Shown: positions 25,440 through 37,015 of the stretch, in pieces
How positions within the stretch are numbered: the first letter of the stretch is position 1
Layout: every line of letters begins with the position of its first letter
Assembly: GCA_035193785.1 (NCBI GenBank)
Contig: CP136572.1
Coordinates: 672,001 to 736,000 of the forward strand
Reading direction: 5' to 3'
From: Planktothrix sp. GU0601_MAG3
Lineage (GTDB): Bacteria; Cyanobacteriota; Cyanobacteriia; Cyanobacteriales; Microcoleaceae
DNA length: 64,000 nucleotides
The notes under the pieces: generated by a model
Seen by the model: the letters and a program-made list of their open reading frames with translations, nothing else
Database searches by the model: none
Told to the model about the DNA's origin: nothing
Made by a program: the position numbers and the translations under genes

Positions 25440-25578
25440 AGATCGTGAAACAGTGTCTTCTCACCAAGCCAAAGACGAACCCAAAGGGCTCGTCTCTTTC
25501 TTTAGTTTAGCTTACAGCGAAAGCAATTGCTAGATATCGGGTTTTGAGTTTGGATCTGGGGTTAAGGGTCGAGATCGT

Positions 25579-27012
25579 TTATTGGGTTTCTTTGAGTTGT
25601 CTTTGCTCCTTTAATTTGGCAAGAACTTGTTCAAAGTTAGATTCATCCACTTGCTGAATATAGTTGATTTTAAATTCTTCTAAAAAGTCAATTAATAGGG
25701 TTTTGATTTCCTCTAATCCCTGTTCTTTTTGTAATTCTTCTCCTAAAAGTTTATTAAAGTTTTTCACCAATTGATTTGATAATTTTGTTCCCACGGGATC
25801 ACTCATGGCTTTAGTCAAGGTTTGATAGGCTTCTTGGGGCGCCTCCGTGGCTAATTTAGAAAGTTCTGCAATAATTCTTTCTTGAATCTGTTGGGGAATT
25901 TGTTGTAACCCTGGAATGGTTTTAAATTGTTGAATTATGGGAGATTGTTCGATAACTTGTTCTATATTATAGCGTAATAATGCTTCAATATCAAGTTCTA
26001 AATTGGGAATAACTTTATAAACAATTACCTGAATTAAATGATTGGCGATCGCTTCTATTTCATTGACGTTATTAATGTCTAAATAGGGTTTATTTTGATT
26101 CATAAACAGTTGTTTAAAAATATCGCCTCTCCTAATTTCTCCTTGAATCTGTTGAATTACTTCAATCACCACAAATTCGGTTAATTCCCGAGCAATTGCA
26201 GCGACAAATCCCCGGGTAACTTGAATTCTAATCGGTTCCAAACTAATAAAATGTACCTGATTTAAACGAATTGTTACTGGAATAATTCGCAATAATCTAA
26301 AAATAGGTAAAAACAAAAACACATCATACCACCGCCATAACATCGCATCAAACCAGGTTACTTTCGGATAACGACGACTAATCAAATAAGTTCGGGCTAA
26401 AAATTCTAAAATGAAAATAATAGAAAAGGGTAAATCAACTTTCCAAAATGTGCGGGTAAATTTTCCGTTTTCTGAGAGACTCCGATAATAGTTTGTCGCC
26501 ACTAAGGGTCTAATATTTTTCTCAAACCATTTCATCTGTTGATCATAACCGTTTTGTCTAAGATAAGATGAAGACCAAAATATATCAAAAGATTGTTTGG
26601 CGGAATTATTGGGATTTTTGATATGCTCTCGCATCCGATTTTTGATCCGTTCTAAAGTCCCACTTTTATCAGCAATAGCAAAGGGATTTTCATTGATAAT
26701 TTCCTCACTTTGATTGCGTAATTCTGCTAATATTTGATCAACTTGCTCGGAATTTAAGCTGGTTTCCACTACCGTTGATTTTAATTGTTCAATGGTATCT
26801 AAATATTTTTCTGTGGTTTGATGGGGTTGAATACCTTTGATCGGATCATAAACTTGAGTCAAAACCGGAATATATTTAAAATAGTAATCTCGCACATCCG
26901 TATAACTCAGGTCGAATAAAACCAACCCGTAGTTCAGCGTCGCGACCATGGCCATTAACTGTTCAAACCAGGGGATATTTTGATTTTTTTTAACAGAAAC
27001 AGGGTTTTTCAC
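25579..27012 (-). CDS. Hypothetical membrane protein
   Basis: Long ORF with several hydrophobic segments and a helical C-terminus. Confidence 0.75.
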   Translation of the reverse strand: MKNPVSVKKNQNIPWFEQLMAMVATLNYGLVLFDLSYTDVRDYYFKYIPVLTQVYDPIKGIQPHQTTEKYLDTIEQLKSTVVETSLNSEQVDQILAELRNQSEEIINENPFAIADKSGTLERIKNRMREHIKNPNNSAKQSFDIFWSSSYLRQNGYDQQMKWFEKNIRPLVATNYYRSLSENGKFTRTFWKVDLPFSIIFILEFLARTYLISRRYPKVTWFDAMLWRWYDVFLFLPIFRLLRIIPVTIRLNQVHFISLEPIRIQVTRGFVAAIARELTEFVVIEVIQQIQGEIRRGDIFKQLFMNQNKPYLDINNVNEIEAIANHLIQVIVYKVIPNLELDIEALLRYNIEQVIEQSPIIQQFKTIPGLQQIPQQIQERIIAELSKLATEAPQEAYQTLTKAMSDPVGTKLSNQLVKNFNKLLGEELQKEQGLEEIKTLLIDFLEEFKINYIQQVDESNFEQVLAKLKEQRQLKETQ

Positions 27013-27065
27013 AATCAGATATTAAAAAATAAAAAAACAACAAAAAATATTAATAAGTCCCCTTA

Positions 27066-27110
27066 TTGTTGAGCTAAAGCCCAAAGATAGGAGGGCTAAA
27101 GCCCAACAAC
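27066..27110. repeat. REP-like element (..GGGCTAAAGCCCAACAAC); related copy at 44866..44910
   Basis: Shared GTTGAGCT...GGGCTAAAGCCCAACAAC sequence. Confidence 0.7.
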
Positions 27111-27212
27111 GATTTTTTTTAATGATGTCCACATACTTACATTTGTAGGTATTATAGAGTATTAAAATCCGCCCTAGCCTTTAACATTTAATACAGTTCA
27201 CCGATTCCATCT

Positions 27213-28248
27213 ATGTCCAATACTTTAGCCACTCCTCAAATTAGTGTAATCATTCCAGCATACAACTGCGATCGCTATGTTGATCAAGCCGTCGAAAGTA
27301 TTCTTAATCAAACATATCCTGCTGACGAAATTATTATTATTGATGATGGTTCCCAAGACAATACCCGTCAAGTCTTACAACCCTATTCTGACCATATTCA
27401 CTATGTTTATCAAGAAAATCAAGGGGTTTCTGTCGCCCGAAATCATGGGTTAAATTTAGCGCGGGGGGAATTTATTGTGTTTCTGGATGCGGATGATATC
27501 TTTCTTCCCGACAAATTAGCAGCCCAACTCGCGGTTTTTCAAGCCCAACCCCACCTGGGACTGGTTCAAAGTGGATGGCGTCGCGTTACCCACACGGTCG
27601 AAACCCTCATGGATGCGACACCTTGGGACTATGTTCCCGAATTAAACTTAGAAAATTGGTTACGTTGGAAACCCTTGGGAACCATGGGAAACCTTAATGT
27701 TTCGTCGAGAATGGTTATTAAAAATAAATGGGTTTGAACCCGGGTTAGCCCACGCGGAAGATGTCGATTTAATCTTAAGAATGGTATTATTAGGCTGCGA
27801 ATCTGCATGGCTACGTCAATCAACGGTTTGTTACCGTCAACATGACCGAAATACCATGCGGGATGGAATTTCCCAAGCGAAATCAATTAATTATGTTTTG
27901 GATAAATTCTTCAATCTTCCCAATATTCCCTTAGAAATTCGGTTAATCGAAAATTGGGTACGTTACAGTACCTTAGTTTGGAGTTCCTGGTATTTATATT
28001 ATACAGGTTTTCCCGTTGAAATGGCAGAATATTTGCAAAAATCTTGGCAATATACGCCATTTTTGTTGGTGGAAACCCTGACAAATTGGACAGAAAGTTT
28101 TGCGCATTATTCTGATAGTTTAGGACAGTCTTTAGAGGTGAATCAACTTTGTAATTCACCCGAATGGCAAAATTTAACCGATTGGGTTTTAGAACAAACG
28201 ATAGAAAAAAGTTCTCAACCTTTAGAAGCGATAATCAATTTACTGTAA
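27213..28248 (+). CDS. GT2 glycosyltransferase; frameshift at 27688-27692
   Basis: ISVIIPAYN, DDGSQD, FLDADD; correction gives GTMGTLMFRRE. Confidence 0.9.
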
Positions 28249-31087
28249 TTTCTGCCAATTCCAGTAAACTCAGTAAATTATTGAGATTAATTCGCATATT
28301 CAACTTGATTAAATCCATAGCCTGATTTTCTATTTCATCCTCGATTATCTCTCCAATTAAATAGTAATATTCTAAATCACAAATATTACTAATAATTCGA
28401 TAACAAGGGATAATATAATTTGGTGTAAATAACTCAATAACTTTCGTTCCAGGTTGACAGAAAACCAGATGGGATAAGCCTGCACCATGGGGTGCTAAAA
28501 CCACCGATGCACTCGCCATTAATTCAGCTTGTTCAGCAATTGTTAAAGCTTCTAATACAACCTTCTCAAAGTTCAAAGGTTTTAAACTTTGTAATAACTG
28601 ATCTTCATTCAGAATATGGCGATGGGTTGCTTGTCCTCGACTAATATAAAGCCGACGATGGGCTGGAACTTTATAAACCTCTTGAGAAACTAACTGTTGC
28701 TTTAAAAATTGGCAAATCCAAGGAGACGCTATATGGTCAATATTAGGTGCAGGAACAATAATTTTTTGGGCTTGAATATGATGGTGAAAACGACTCTCAA
28801 TAATTTTTGATTCGGGAATATTTAGTATTTCTAGGGTTTGCTTTTGGAAAGATAAATTACAACTATTGACAACAAAATAATCAATACTATCTAAAGAAAT
28901 ACCACTTTTTTGAATTAAATGAATCCCGGGTAATAGTTCATACATCCAATGGTAAAAACCCTCTGCACATTGAGTTGATAAAAAGGCAACTGTCCCCTCG
29001 ATTTTATAGACAGGGGGTAATTTATTGGAGGATAAAACTAATTCAGCACATCCTGTAGACATATCAGTTAATAGCTCGTTTTGTGCCGTGATAATTGCAG
29101 TTACAACCGCACTTCCCCAAACTCTGCCATTGTCTAAGGTAACGACAAAAGCATTTCGATTCTCTATTTGATTAAAACTCATCAATAAATGATCTTTAGC
29201 AAGGGTTGGGGAATGTTTTAAAGAAACTTGGCTACTGGGATAAACCGAAATATAAGTAACATGAGAACTTGACTCTGATGTGATTAATTGTTCGGCATTA
29301 ATAACACAATATTTTTCTATAATTGACTGGGGCAAAACTCGATAATTATAACAAGATAATGCCGCTTCAGTTTTTCCTTGTTGTTGTAAAATTTTAGCAA
29401 TGTTATCATAGGATTGAAATAAATCCGACTTAATTTTTAAGGATTCCATCAGGTTAAACATTGCCTGATCCAAGTCTTGTTTTTTTAGGAAAACTTCTCC
29501 TAATTCAGCATAATATTTAGCTTCCTTAAAATTCAGATTAATAGCATTTTGATAGAATAATATAGCATCATCTAATTGATCTAAATTGTGATAAATACGG
29601 GCTAAATCATAATGTAAAATATCGGCTTTAGGTGCGATTTCTAATAATTTCTGGCAAACTAAAATTGCAATTTCAGTTTGCTGCTGTTCCAGTAAGGTTT
29701 TGATTAACTCCTCTAGTAACCAAAGATGATTAGGATTAATATTAATTGCTGTTTGATAGGATGCGATCGCTGATTCCCATTGACTTTGAGATTTATATAA
29801 ATTGCCTAGATTGTAATGTATAATATCCGCTTTGGGATCAAATTTTAGATATTCCTGATAAACAGAAATAGCAGTTTCAATTTCTTGCTGTTCAATTAAT
29901 ATTTCTGCTAATTTCTCTAATAACCAAAGATGGTTGGAATTGAGTTCAACTGCTTTACAATAAACCTTAATTGCTTGATTCCATTGTTTTTGATCGGTTA
30001 AAACTTTTCCCAGTGGAGGATATAACCAATCCGTATTCGGTTCAAATTCAATCGCTTGATAATATTCTATTAAAGCCTGCTCAAATTCCTGGGTTTCACA
30101 TAAAGCATTTCCCAAGGTAAAATGTAACCAAAAACTATCGGGATTAATCTCCAGGGCTTGACGATACCAATTAATCGCTTCTGCGGGTTTTCCGGTCTTA
30201 GAACAAATTTCTCCTAACTTATAATAGGAACCAAAAAACTTAGGATTTAGAGCGATTCCTTGATAATAAGCAACGGTGGCTTCTTGCCATTTTTCTTGCT
30301 CAGAGAAAGCATTTCCTAGTTGATGATATGTCCAAGAAAAATCCGGGCTGAGTTCAATGGCTTTTTGATAATTGGCGATCGCTTGTTCATAATTTTTTTG
30401 TTGAACCAAAGCATCGGCTAAACTTTGATAAAATAAATTATTCTGGGGATTCAAAATAATCGCTTGATTATAGGCGGCGATCGCTTCTTCCCACTGTTGT
30501 TTCCGACTTAATGCTTCCCCTAACCAATAATAAGATTGAGGCAAATTTGGGTAAACTTCTACCCCTTTTCTATACAATTCAAGAGCTTGATCTAATTTAC
30601 CTTTTTCAATTAAAGTTTTCCCAAAATCAATATAATCTTGAGCAGGAACACATTGAGGTTCTAAAATCAAGGCTTCATACCAAGCATTTGTGGCTTCTTC
30701 CGGTTGATTCAGATTAATTAAAACTGTGTATAAACTCTGATAAATTCTGGCTTGATTCGGTTTAAAATGTAGGGCAGTTTGATAGGATTGTAGGGCATCC
30801 TGCCATTGTTGTTGTTGAACATAAACCGTTCCTAAATTAGCATGAACTTCCGCCCAATCGGGTTTTAAATCTAGGGCTTTTGTATACCAAGATTTAGCAT
30901 CATCAAGTTTCCCCTGTAATTGTTTTGCTAACCCCAGGGTACTGTAGGCTAAAGCAAAATTGGGTTGCAATTTTAAGATTTGTTGACAAACTGCGATCGC
31001 TTCTTCATATTGTTTTTGAGCCAGATAAAAAGAAACTTGTTGATATAGAATGATCACAGAATTGTTTGCCGTTTCAGATTGTTGCAT
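28235..31087 (-). CDS. TPR-repeat + GT61 (DUF563) protein (true start MQQSETANN)
   Basis: TPR array, then FYHWMYE..RRLYISR..LAPHGAGLSHLVFC; the upstream part of the 1235-aa ORF belongs to the next gene. Confidence 0.85.
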   Translation of the reverse strand: MQQSETANNSVIILYQQVSFYLAQKQYEEAIAVCQQILKLQPNFALAYSTLGLAKQLQGKLDDAKSWYTKALDLKPDWAEVHANLGTVYVQQQQWQDALQSYQTALHFKPNQARIYQSLYTVLINLNQPEEATNAWYEALILEPQCVPAQDYIDFGKTLIEKGKLDQALELYRKGVEVYPNLPQSYYWLGEALSRKQQWEEAIAAYNQAIILNPQNNLFYQSLADALVQQKNYEQAIANYQKAIELSPDFSWTYHQLGNAFSEQEKWQEATVAYYQGIALNPKFFGSYYKLGEICSKTGKPAEAINWYRQALEINPDSFWLHFTLGNALCETQEFEQALIEYYQAIEFEPNTDWLYPPLGKVLTDQKQWNQAIKVYCKAVELNSNHLWLLEKLAEILIEQQEIETAISVYQEYLKFDPKADIIHYNLGNLYKSQSQWESAIASYQTAININPNHLWLLEELIKTLLEQQQTEIAILVCQKLLEIAPKADILHYDLARIYHNLDQLDDAILFYQNAINLNFKEAKYYAELGEVFLKKQDLDQAMFNLMESLKIKSDLFQSYDNIAKILQQQGKTEAALSCYNYRVLPQSIIEKYCVINAEQLITSESSSHVTYISVYPSSQVSLKHSPTLAKDHLLMSFNQIENRNAFVVTLDNGRVWGSAVVTAIITAQNELLTDMSTGCAELVLSSNKLPPVYKIEGTVAFLSTQCAEGFYHWMYELLPGIHLIQKSGISLDSIDYFVVNSCNLSFQKQTLEILNIPESKIIESRFHHHIQAQKIIVPAPNIDHIASPWICQFLKQQLVSQEVYKVPAHRRLYISRGQATHRHILNEDQLLQSLKPLNFEKVVLEALTIAEQAELMASASVVLAPHGAGLSHLVFCQPGTKVIELFTPNYIIPCYRIISNICDLEYYYLIGEIIEDEIENQAMDLIKLNMRINLNNLLSLLELAEITVN

Positions 31088-33665
31088 GATTTTTTCCCGA
31101 TAGAAGATCCCAAAGATTAAGCAGGTTTCTGTAATTCCCGCTAATTTCAGTAATTGGATGAACTCCTCAAGATTAATTGGCATATTTTGTTGTCCCAAAT
31201 GAGTTAAATTTTCTGCTGTTTTTTCGCTTCCAATTTCCCCTATTAAATAGTAATGTTCTAAATTACAAATATTACTAATCACTTGATAATAATTGGGGAC
31301 ATAACCTGGAGTAAATAACTCAATAACTTTGGTTCCGGGTTGACAAAAAACAATATTAGATAAGCCAGCACCATGAGGTGCAATAACAACGGATGCGGTC
31401 GCCATTAATTCTACTTGTTTTGAGAAAGTTAAATGTTCTAAAATAACCCGTTCAAAGCCGAAACTGTCTAACTGTTTTAATAACTTATCTTGGTTAACTA
31501 TATGACGATAACTAGCTTTTTCTCGACTGATATAAATACGGCGGTAGGGAGAAATATCATTGACTTCTGGGGAAAAGAATGCTTCTCTTAAAAAATGACA
31601 AATCCATTTAGCCGTTGTTATATTGTGAGAAAAATTAGGTGCAGGAGCAATAACTTTTTTAGCTTGAATGTGAGGTTGATAACGACTCTCAATAATTTTT
31701 GATTCTGGAATACCTAATTTTTGTAACGTTTGCTTTTGGAAAGGCAAATGATAACTATTGAAAACGAAATAATCGATACTGTCTAAAGAGATACCGCTTT
31801 GCTGAATTAAATGAATTCCAGGTAGTACATCATACATCCAATGGTAAAAACCTTCTCCCCATTGAACTGATAAAAAAGCAACCGTTTCCATCAATTTTAT
31901 GTACAGGTGGTAATTTATTCGAGGATAAAACCAGTTCAGCACATCCTGTAGAAATATCCGTCAGTAATTCGTTTTGTGCTGTCATAATTGCACTTGTAGC
32001 TGCATCTCCCCAGACTCTCCCATTGTCTAACGTCACCACAAACGCATTTCGAGTTTCTGCTTGACTAAAGATCATCCCTGGATGAAATTGAGAAATCGTT
32101 TGAGAGGGTTTCAGAGAGATTTGACCACTGGGATAAACTGGAATATAGGTGACATTAGAACTAAAATCTGATGTGATCAATTTTTCGGGATTAACAAAAC
32201 AATATTGCTCTAAAATTGATAAGGGCAATTCTTTGTTATTATAACATTTTAAGGCTTCTTCTATTTTTCCTTGCTGTTGTAGAATTTCAGCAATACTTTC
32301 ATAGGCTGAAAATAGATAGGGCTTGATTTTTAAAGCATCTATCAAGTAGGACATTGCCAGATCTAGTTCTTGTTTTTTTAACCATGTTTCTCCTAATCCA
32401 GCATAATATTCAGCCGTTTTCGGATTAATATTAATTGCGGTTTGATAGGATGCGATCGCTGATTCCCATTGACTTTGAGATTTATATAAATTGCCTAAAT
32501 TGTAATGTACAATATCCGCTTTAGGATCGGTTTTTAGGCGTTCCTGATAAACGTCAATTGCGATCTTAACTTCCTGCTGTTGAATTAAGGTTTCTGCTAA
32601 TTGATCTAAGAGCCAAAGATTATTAGAATTCAATTCAACCGCTTTACAATAAACTTTAATAGCTTGTTCCCACTGTTTTTGAGCAATCAAGACTTTTCCC
32701 AGTGGAGGATATAACCAATCCGTATTCGGTTCAAATTCAATCGCTTGATAATATTCTATTAAAGCTTGCTCAAATTCCTGGGTTTCACATAAAGCATTTC
32801 CCAAGGTAAAATGTAACCAAAAACTATCGGGATTAATCTCCAGGGCTTGACGATACCAATTAATCGCTTCTGCGGGTTTTCCGGTCTTAGAACAAATTTC
32901 TCCTAACTTATAATAGGAACCAAAAAACTTAGGATTTAGAGCGATTCCTTGATAATAAGCAACGGTGGCTTCTTGCCATTTTTCTTGCTCAGAGAAAGCA
33001 TTTCCTAGTTGATGATATGTCCAAGAAAAATCCGGGCTGAGTTCAATGGCTTTTTGATAATTGGCGATCGCTTGTTCATAATTCTTTTGTTGAACTAAAG
33101 CATCGGCTAAACTTTGATAAAATAAATTATTCTGGGGATTCAAAATAATCGCTTGATTATAGGCGGCGATCGCTTCTTCCCACTGTTGTTTCCGACTTAA
33201 TGCTTCCCCTAACCAATAATAAGATTGAGGCAAACTCGGGTAAACTTCTACCCCTTTTCTATACAATTCAAGAGCTTGATCTAATTTACCTTTCTCAATT
33301 AAAGTTTTCCCAAAGTCCATATACTCTTGAGGGACAACAGACTGAGGTTCTAAAAGTAAGGCTTGATACCAAGCATTTGTGGCTTCTTCCGGTTGATTCA
33401 GATTAATTAAAACTGTGTATAAACTCTGATAAACTCTGGCTTGATTCGGTTTAAAATGTAGGGCGGTTTGATAGGATTGTAGGGCATCCCGCCATTGTTG
33501 TTGTTGAACATAAACCGTTCCTAAATTAGCATGAACTTCCGCCCAATCGGGTTTTAAATCTAGGGCTTTTGTATACCAAAATTTGGCTTCATCAAGTTTC
33601 CCCTGCAATTGTTTAGCTAACCCCAGGGTACTGTAGGCTGGGAGAAAGCGCGGTTGCAATTTTAA
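29733..33665. repeat. Paralogous ~1.24-kb direct repeat (29733..30976 vs 32422..33665)
   Basis: Offset 2689; core ~30003-30600 almost identical. Confidence 0.9.
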
Positions 33666-33776
33666 CGCCTGTTGACACACAGCAACTGCTTCATCAAACT
33701 GCTGTTGAGCAATATGGCGGTTTGCATCTTCATGTAAATCAAGGACAGTTTTCTCTGGAGTGTCAGACAATGGCAT
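31117..33776 (-). CDS. TPR-repeat + GT61 (DUF563) protein; frameshifts at 31884-31888 and 31125-31129
   Basis: Corrections give KIDGTVAFLS and ITEPA* (TAA 31117-31119); paralog of 28235..31087. Confidence 0.85.
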
Positions 33777-33818
33777 GATCAACCGCAAAAATAGGACAGC
33801 TTTTAATATAGACGTTGA

Positions 33819-34297
<479 letters not shown>

Positions 34298-34572
34298 TCC
34301 CTGTTCCCTATTATTAAGAAATATTACGGGAAATTTATTAAAAAATGTTGCAAATTGTTGATCGACTTGCTAGATTGTGCGAAGAGGGTCTTTCCATGAA
34401 CGCTCGTATTGAGGAGACAGGTGAGCCATGCTTGAAATCAATATTGCTCTGTTAACCAGGAATTAAGGAAAAAGGATAGCCTGGTCTGTTGTCTAATCAT
34501 GACCCATTAGTAATCTCTACAATCATGACACCAAATTTTTAGCATTTACAGGTTTTTTACACACGCTGCATA

Positions 34573-34686
34573 GAGGAATATCGGTGCTCCGAACAGGATG
34601 TCAGGGTCGCTTGGGATGAAAAAATCCCGACTCAAATGGGTGGGAGAAGCCCGCCCCGTCGCACCGAATTCCTCCTCAACAGGAGG
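34573..34686 (+). promoter_or_regulatory. Candidate structured 5' leader RNA with anti-SD hairpin
   Basis: 14-bp closing stem enclosing hairpins; CCTCCT-CAAC-AGGAGG overlaps the RBS of the SDR gene. Confidence 0.5.
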
Positions 34687-34694
34687 TTTTTGCA

Positions 34695-35520
34695 ATGAAC
34701 ATTCAAGGAAAAACAGCCCTAATTACTGGGGCTTCTCGTGGAATTGGCCGGGCAATTGCCTTAGAATTTGCCAAAAATGGGGTTAAACGTCTGATTCTGG
34801 TGGCACGCGATCGCCAACGACTGGCAGAATTAGCCACACAAATAGAGCCGATGGGCGTGGAGGTGATTACCTTAGCCCTGGACTTAACCCAATCGGTTTC
34901 AAGTTCATATTGCGATCGCCCAGGCTTGGCGTTCTCACGGGCCAATTGAAATTCTGATTAATTGTGCAGGTGTTGCCCACCAAAAGCCGTTTTTAGAATC
35001 CAAACTCCCAGATGTTCAGGAGGAAATCTCCTTGAATTTAATCGGGTTGTATACCATTACTCACGTTATCGCTCGACGCATGGCCACCCGCCAAGCGGGA
35101 ACCATTATTAATGTGTCGAGTTTGATGGGCAAAATTGCCGCCCCTACGATGTCCACCTATTCGGCGACTAAATTCGCGATTTTGGGGTTTACAGAAGCCC
35201 TCCGCCAAGAATTAGCCCCCTACAATATTCGGGTGATGGCTCTATTGCCCACCTTAACGGACACGGATATGACCCGGGACTTAAAATTATTCCGTTGGGT
35301 CGTCCCCATGACCCCCGAACAAGTCGCTAAGGTGTTAGTGGCTGGGATCAATAAAGATGCCTCGGAAATTTTGGTTGGATGGCAAAGCCATTTAGCCGTT
35401 TGGTGTAACCGTTTTGCCCCTTGGTTGATGGAGAAGATTATGATGTTTGCTTCTCCAGTGACCCACAAAATCCGTAAGTCCTATCCTGTTTTCAACAAAG
35501 CTAACGCAACATTGCATTAG
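34695..35520 (+). CDS. Short-chain dehydrogenase/reductase; frameshift at 34896-34900
   Basis: TGASRGIG, INCAG after correction, YSATK catalytic motif. Confidence 0.92.
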
Positions 35521-35568
35521 TTTGAGTTAATGGTTGACCCTCAACCCTTGACCTTTAACTAATTCCCC

Positions 35569-35596
35569 GTAGAGACGTGCCATGGCGCGTCTCTAC
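35569..35596. repeat. GTAG-type REP palindrome GTAGAGACG..CGTCTCTAC
   Basis: Imperfect palindrome downstream of the SDR gene. Confidence 0.8.
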
Positions 35597-35618
35597 ATTG
35601 AATTAATAGCACAGACAC

Positions 35619-35657
35619 TTTAACTGATGACTGATAACTGATGACTGATAACTGATT
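35619..35657. repeat. Heptamer repeat (TA/GACTGA)n
   Basis: Directly visible. Confidence 0.8.
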
Positions 35658-35741
35658 AAGGTAAGATTAGGCGATAGGCTGTTCAGGAATTTCCCCAAAA
35701 TTATGAAGTTTCCTGCCTTGAACTTTGGAGATTAAAATTTT

Positions 35742-36263
35742 ATGCCCAGATCACAACGTAACGATAACTTTATTGATAAAACCTTTACGGTTATGGCAGA
35801 TATGATTCTGAAGGTGCTGCCTACCAATAAAAAAGCCAAGGAAGCATTTGCCTATTATCGGGATGGAATGTCGGCCCAGGCGGACGGAGAATATGCAGAG
35901 GCTTTAGAAAATTACCAGGAAGCCTTAACTCTGGAAGAAGATCCCTATGATCGAAGTTTTGTTCTTTATAATATGGGCTTAATTCATGCCAGCAATGGCG
36001 AACATGAGGAAGCATTAGAATATTATCAACAAGCGATCGAGTTAAATCCCCGAATGCCCCAGGCTTTGAATAATATTGCGGTAATTTACCATTATCAGGG
36101 GGAAAAAGCTAAGGAAGCCGGAGATGAAGACACGGCAGAACAGGAATTTAAGCAAGCGGCGGAATATTGGGTTAGGGCGATTCGTTTGGCCCCGAATAAC
36201 TATATTGAAGCTCAGAACTGGCTGAAAGTTACCGGAAGAAGCAAAATCGATATCTATTTTTAA
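35742..36263 (+). CDS. ycf3: Photosystem I assembly protein Ycf3
   Basis: [20 protein letters not shown]...[10 protein letters not shown]. Confidence 0.98.
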   Translation: MPRSQRNDNFIDKTFTVMADMILKVLPTNKKAKEAFAYYRDGMSAQADGEYAEALENYQEALTLEEDPYDRSFVLYNMGLIHASNGEHEEALEYYQQAIELNPRMPQALNNIAVIYHYQGEKAKEAGDEDTAEQEFKQAAEYWVRAIRLAPNNYIEAQNWLKVTGRSKIDIYF

Positions 36264-36317
36264 CTAAACTTTTCAATCAATCACTGGTTTGCCAACCTAC
36301 CTTAAGCTGGATTTAAC

Positions 36318-36612
36318 ATGACTATTGATCGTGAACAAGTCTCTAAAGTTGCTTTTCTGGCTCGACTGGAGCTAACACCCCAGGAGGAAGAACAATTTAC
36401 GACCCAACTGGGTGAAATTTTAGATTATTTTGAGCAATTAAACGAACTCGATACATCCCAGGTGGCTCCCATGACCCGGGCTATTGAGTTGAGTAATATT
36501 ACTCGACCTGATCATTTAGAATCCTATCCCCAGAGAGATGATATTCTGGCGAACGCCCCGGAAACAGGAAGGAGACTATTTCAAAGTCCCCAGAATTATC
36601 TCGGAGGAGTAA
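36318..36612 (+). CDS. gatC: Asp/Glu-tRNA amidotransferase subunit C; frameshift at 36561-36565
   Basis: VAFLARLEL; correction gives [19 protein letters not shown]. Confidence 0.93.
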
Positions 36613-36650
36613 CTATCCGCCCCAACTGCCTGAATTGAATTCTTTTTCCA

Positions 36651-36735
36651 CCCATTCCCCATTACCCATTCCCCATTACCCATTCCCCAAAACCCAAAAC
36701 CCAAAACCCATTACCCATTACCCATTACCCATTCC
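36651..36735. repeat. Heptamer repeats (CCCATTA/C, CCCAAAA)
   Basis: Directly visible. Confidence 0.85.
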
Positions 36736-37015
36736 CTGCTACATCAAAAATAAAAACCCTCCTTATGGAATGGGAGTTTAAGCCCTGTTTTTGCTAATCA
36801 GAAACGGGGTTTCTGGTTTTTGGACAAATTTTTTTTAAATTTAGGGGGTGGGGGAGTTGCTCAACGAAAGATTTACCTCTATAATTTGAACAGACGTAAA
36901 GAAAGATTAACTGCACTCATAAAATTTCTCAGATTCTGCTATAGCAGATGAGAGACGCTTAACATGAGTCCTAATCCCTTTACGACTTGTAATTATATAT
37001 TCGGAGATTTTGTCC

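Noticed and set aside
28235..31942. Single 1235-aa GT61-TPR-GT61 protein
   Set aside because: Artefactual fusion: removing the extra base at 31125-31129 restores a stop at 31117, and a new gene starts at 31087.
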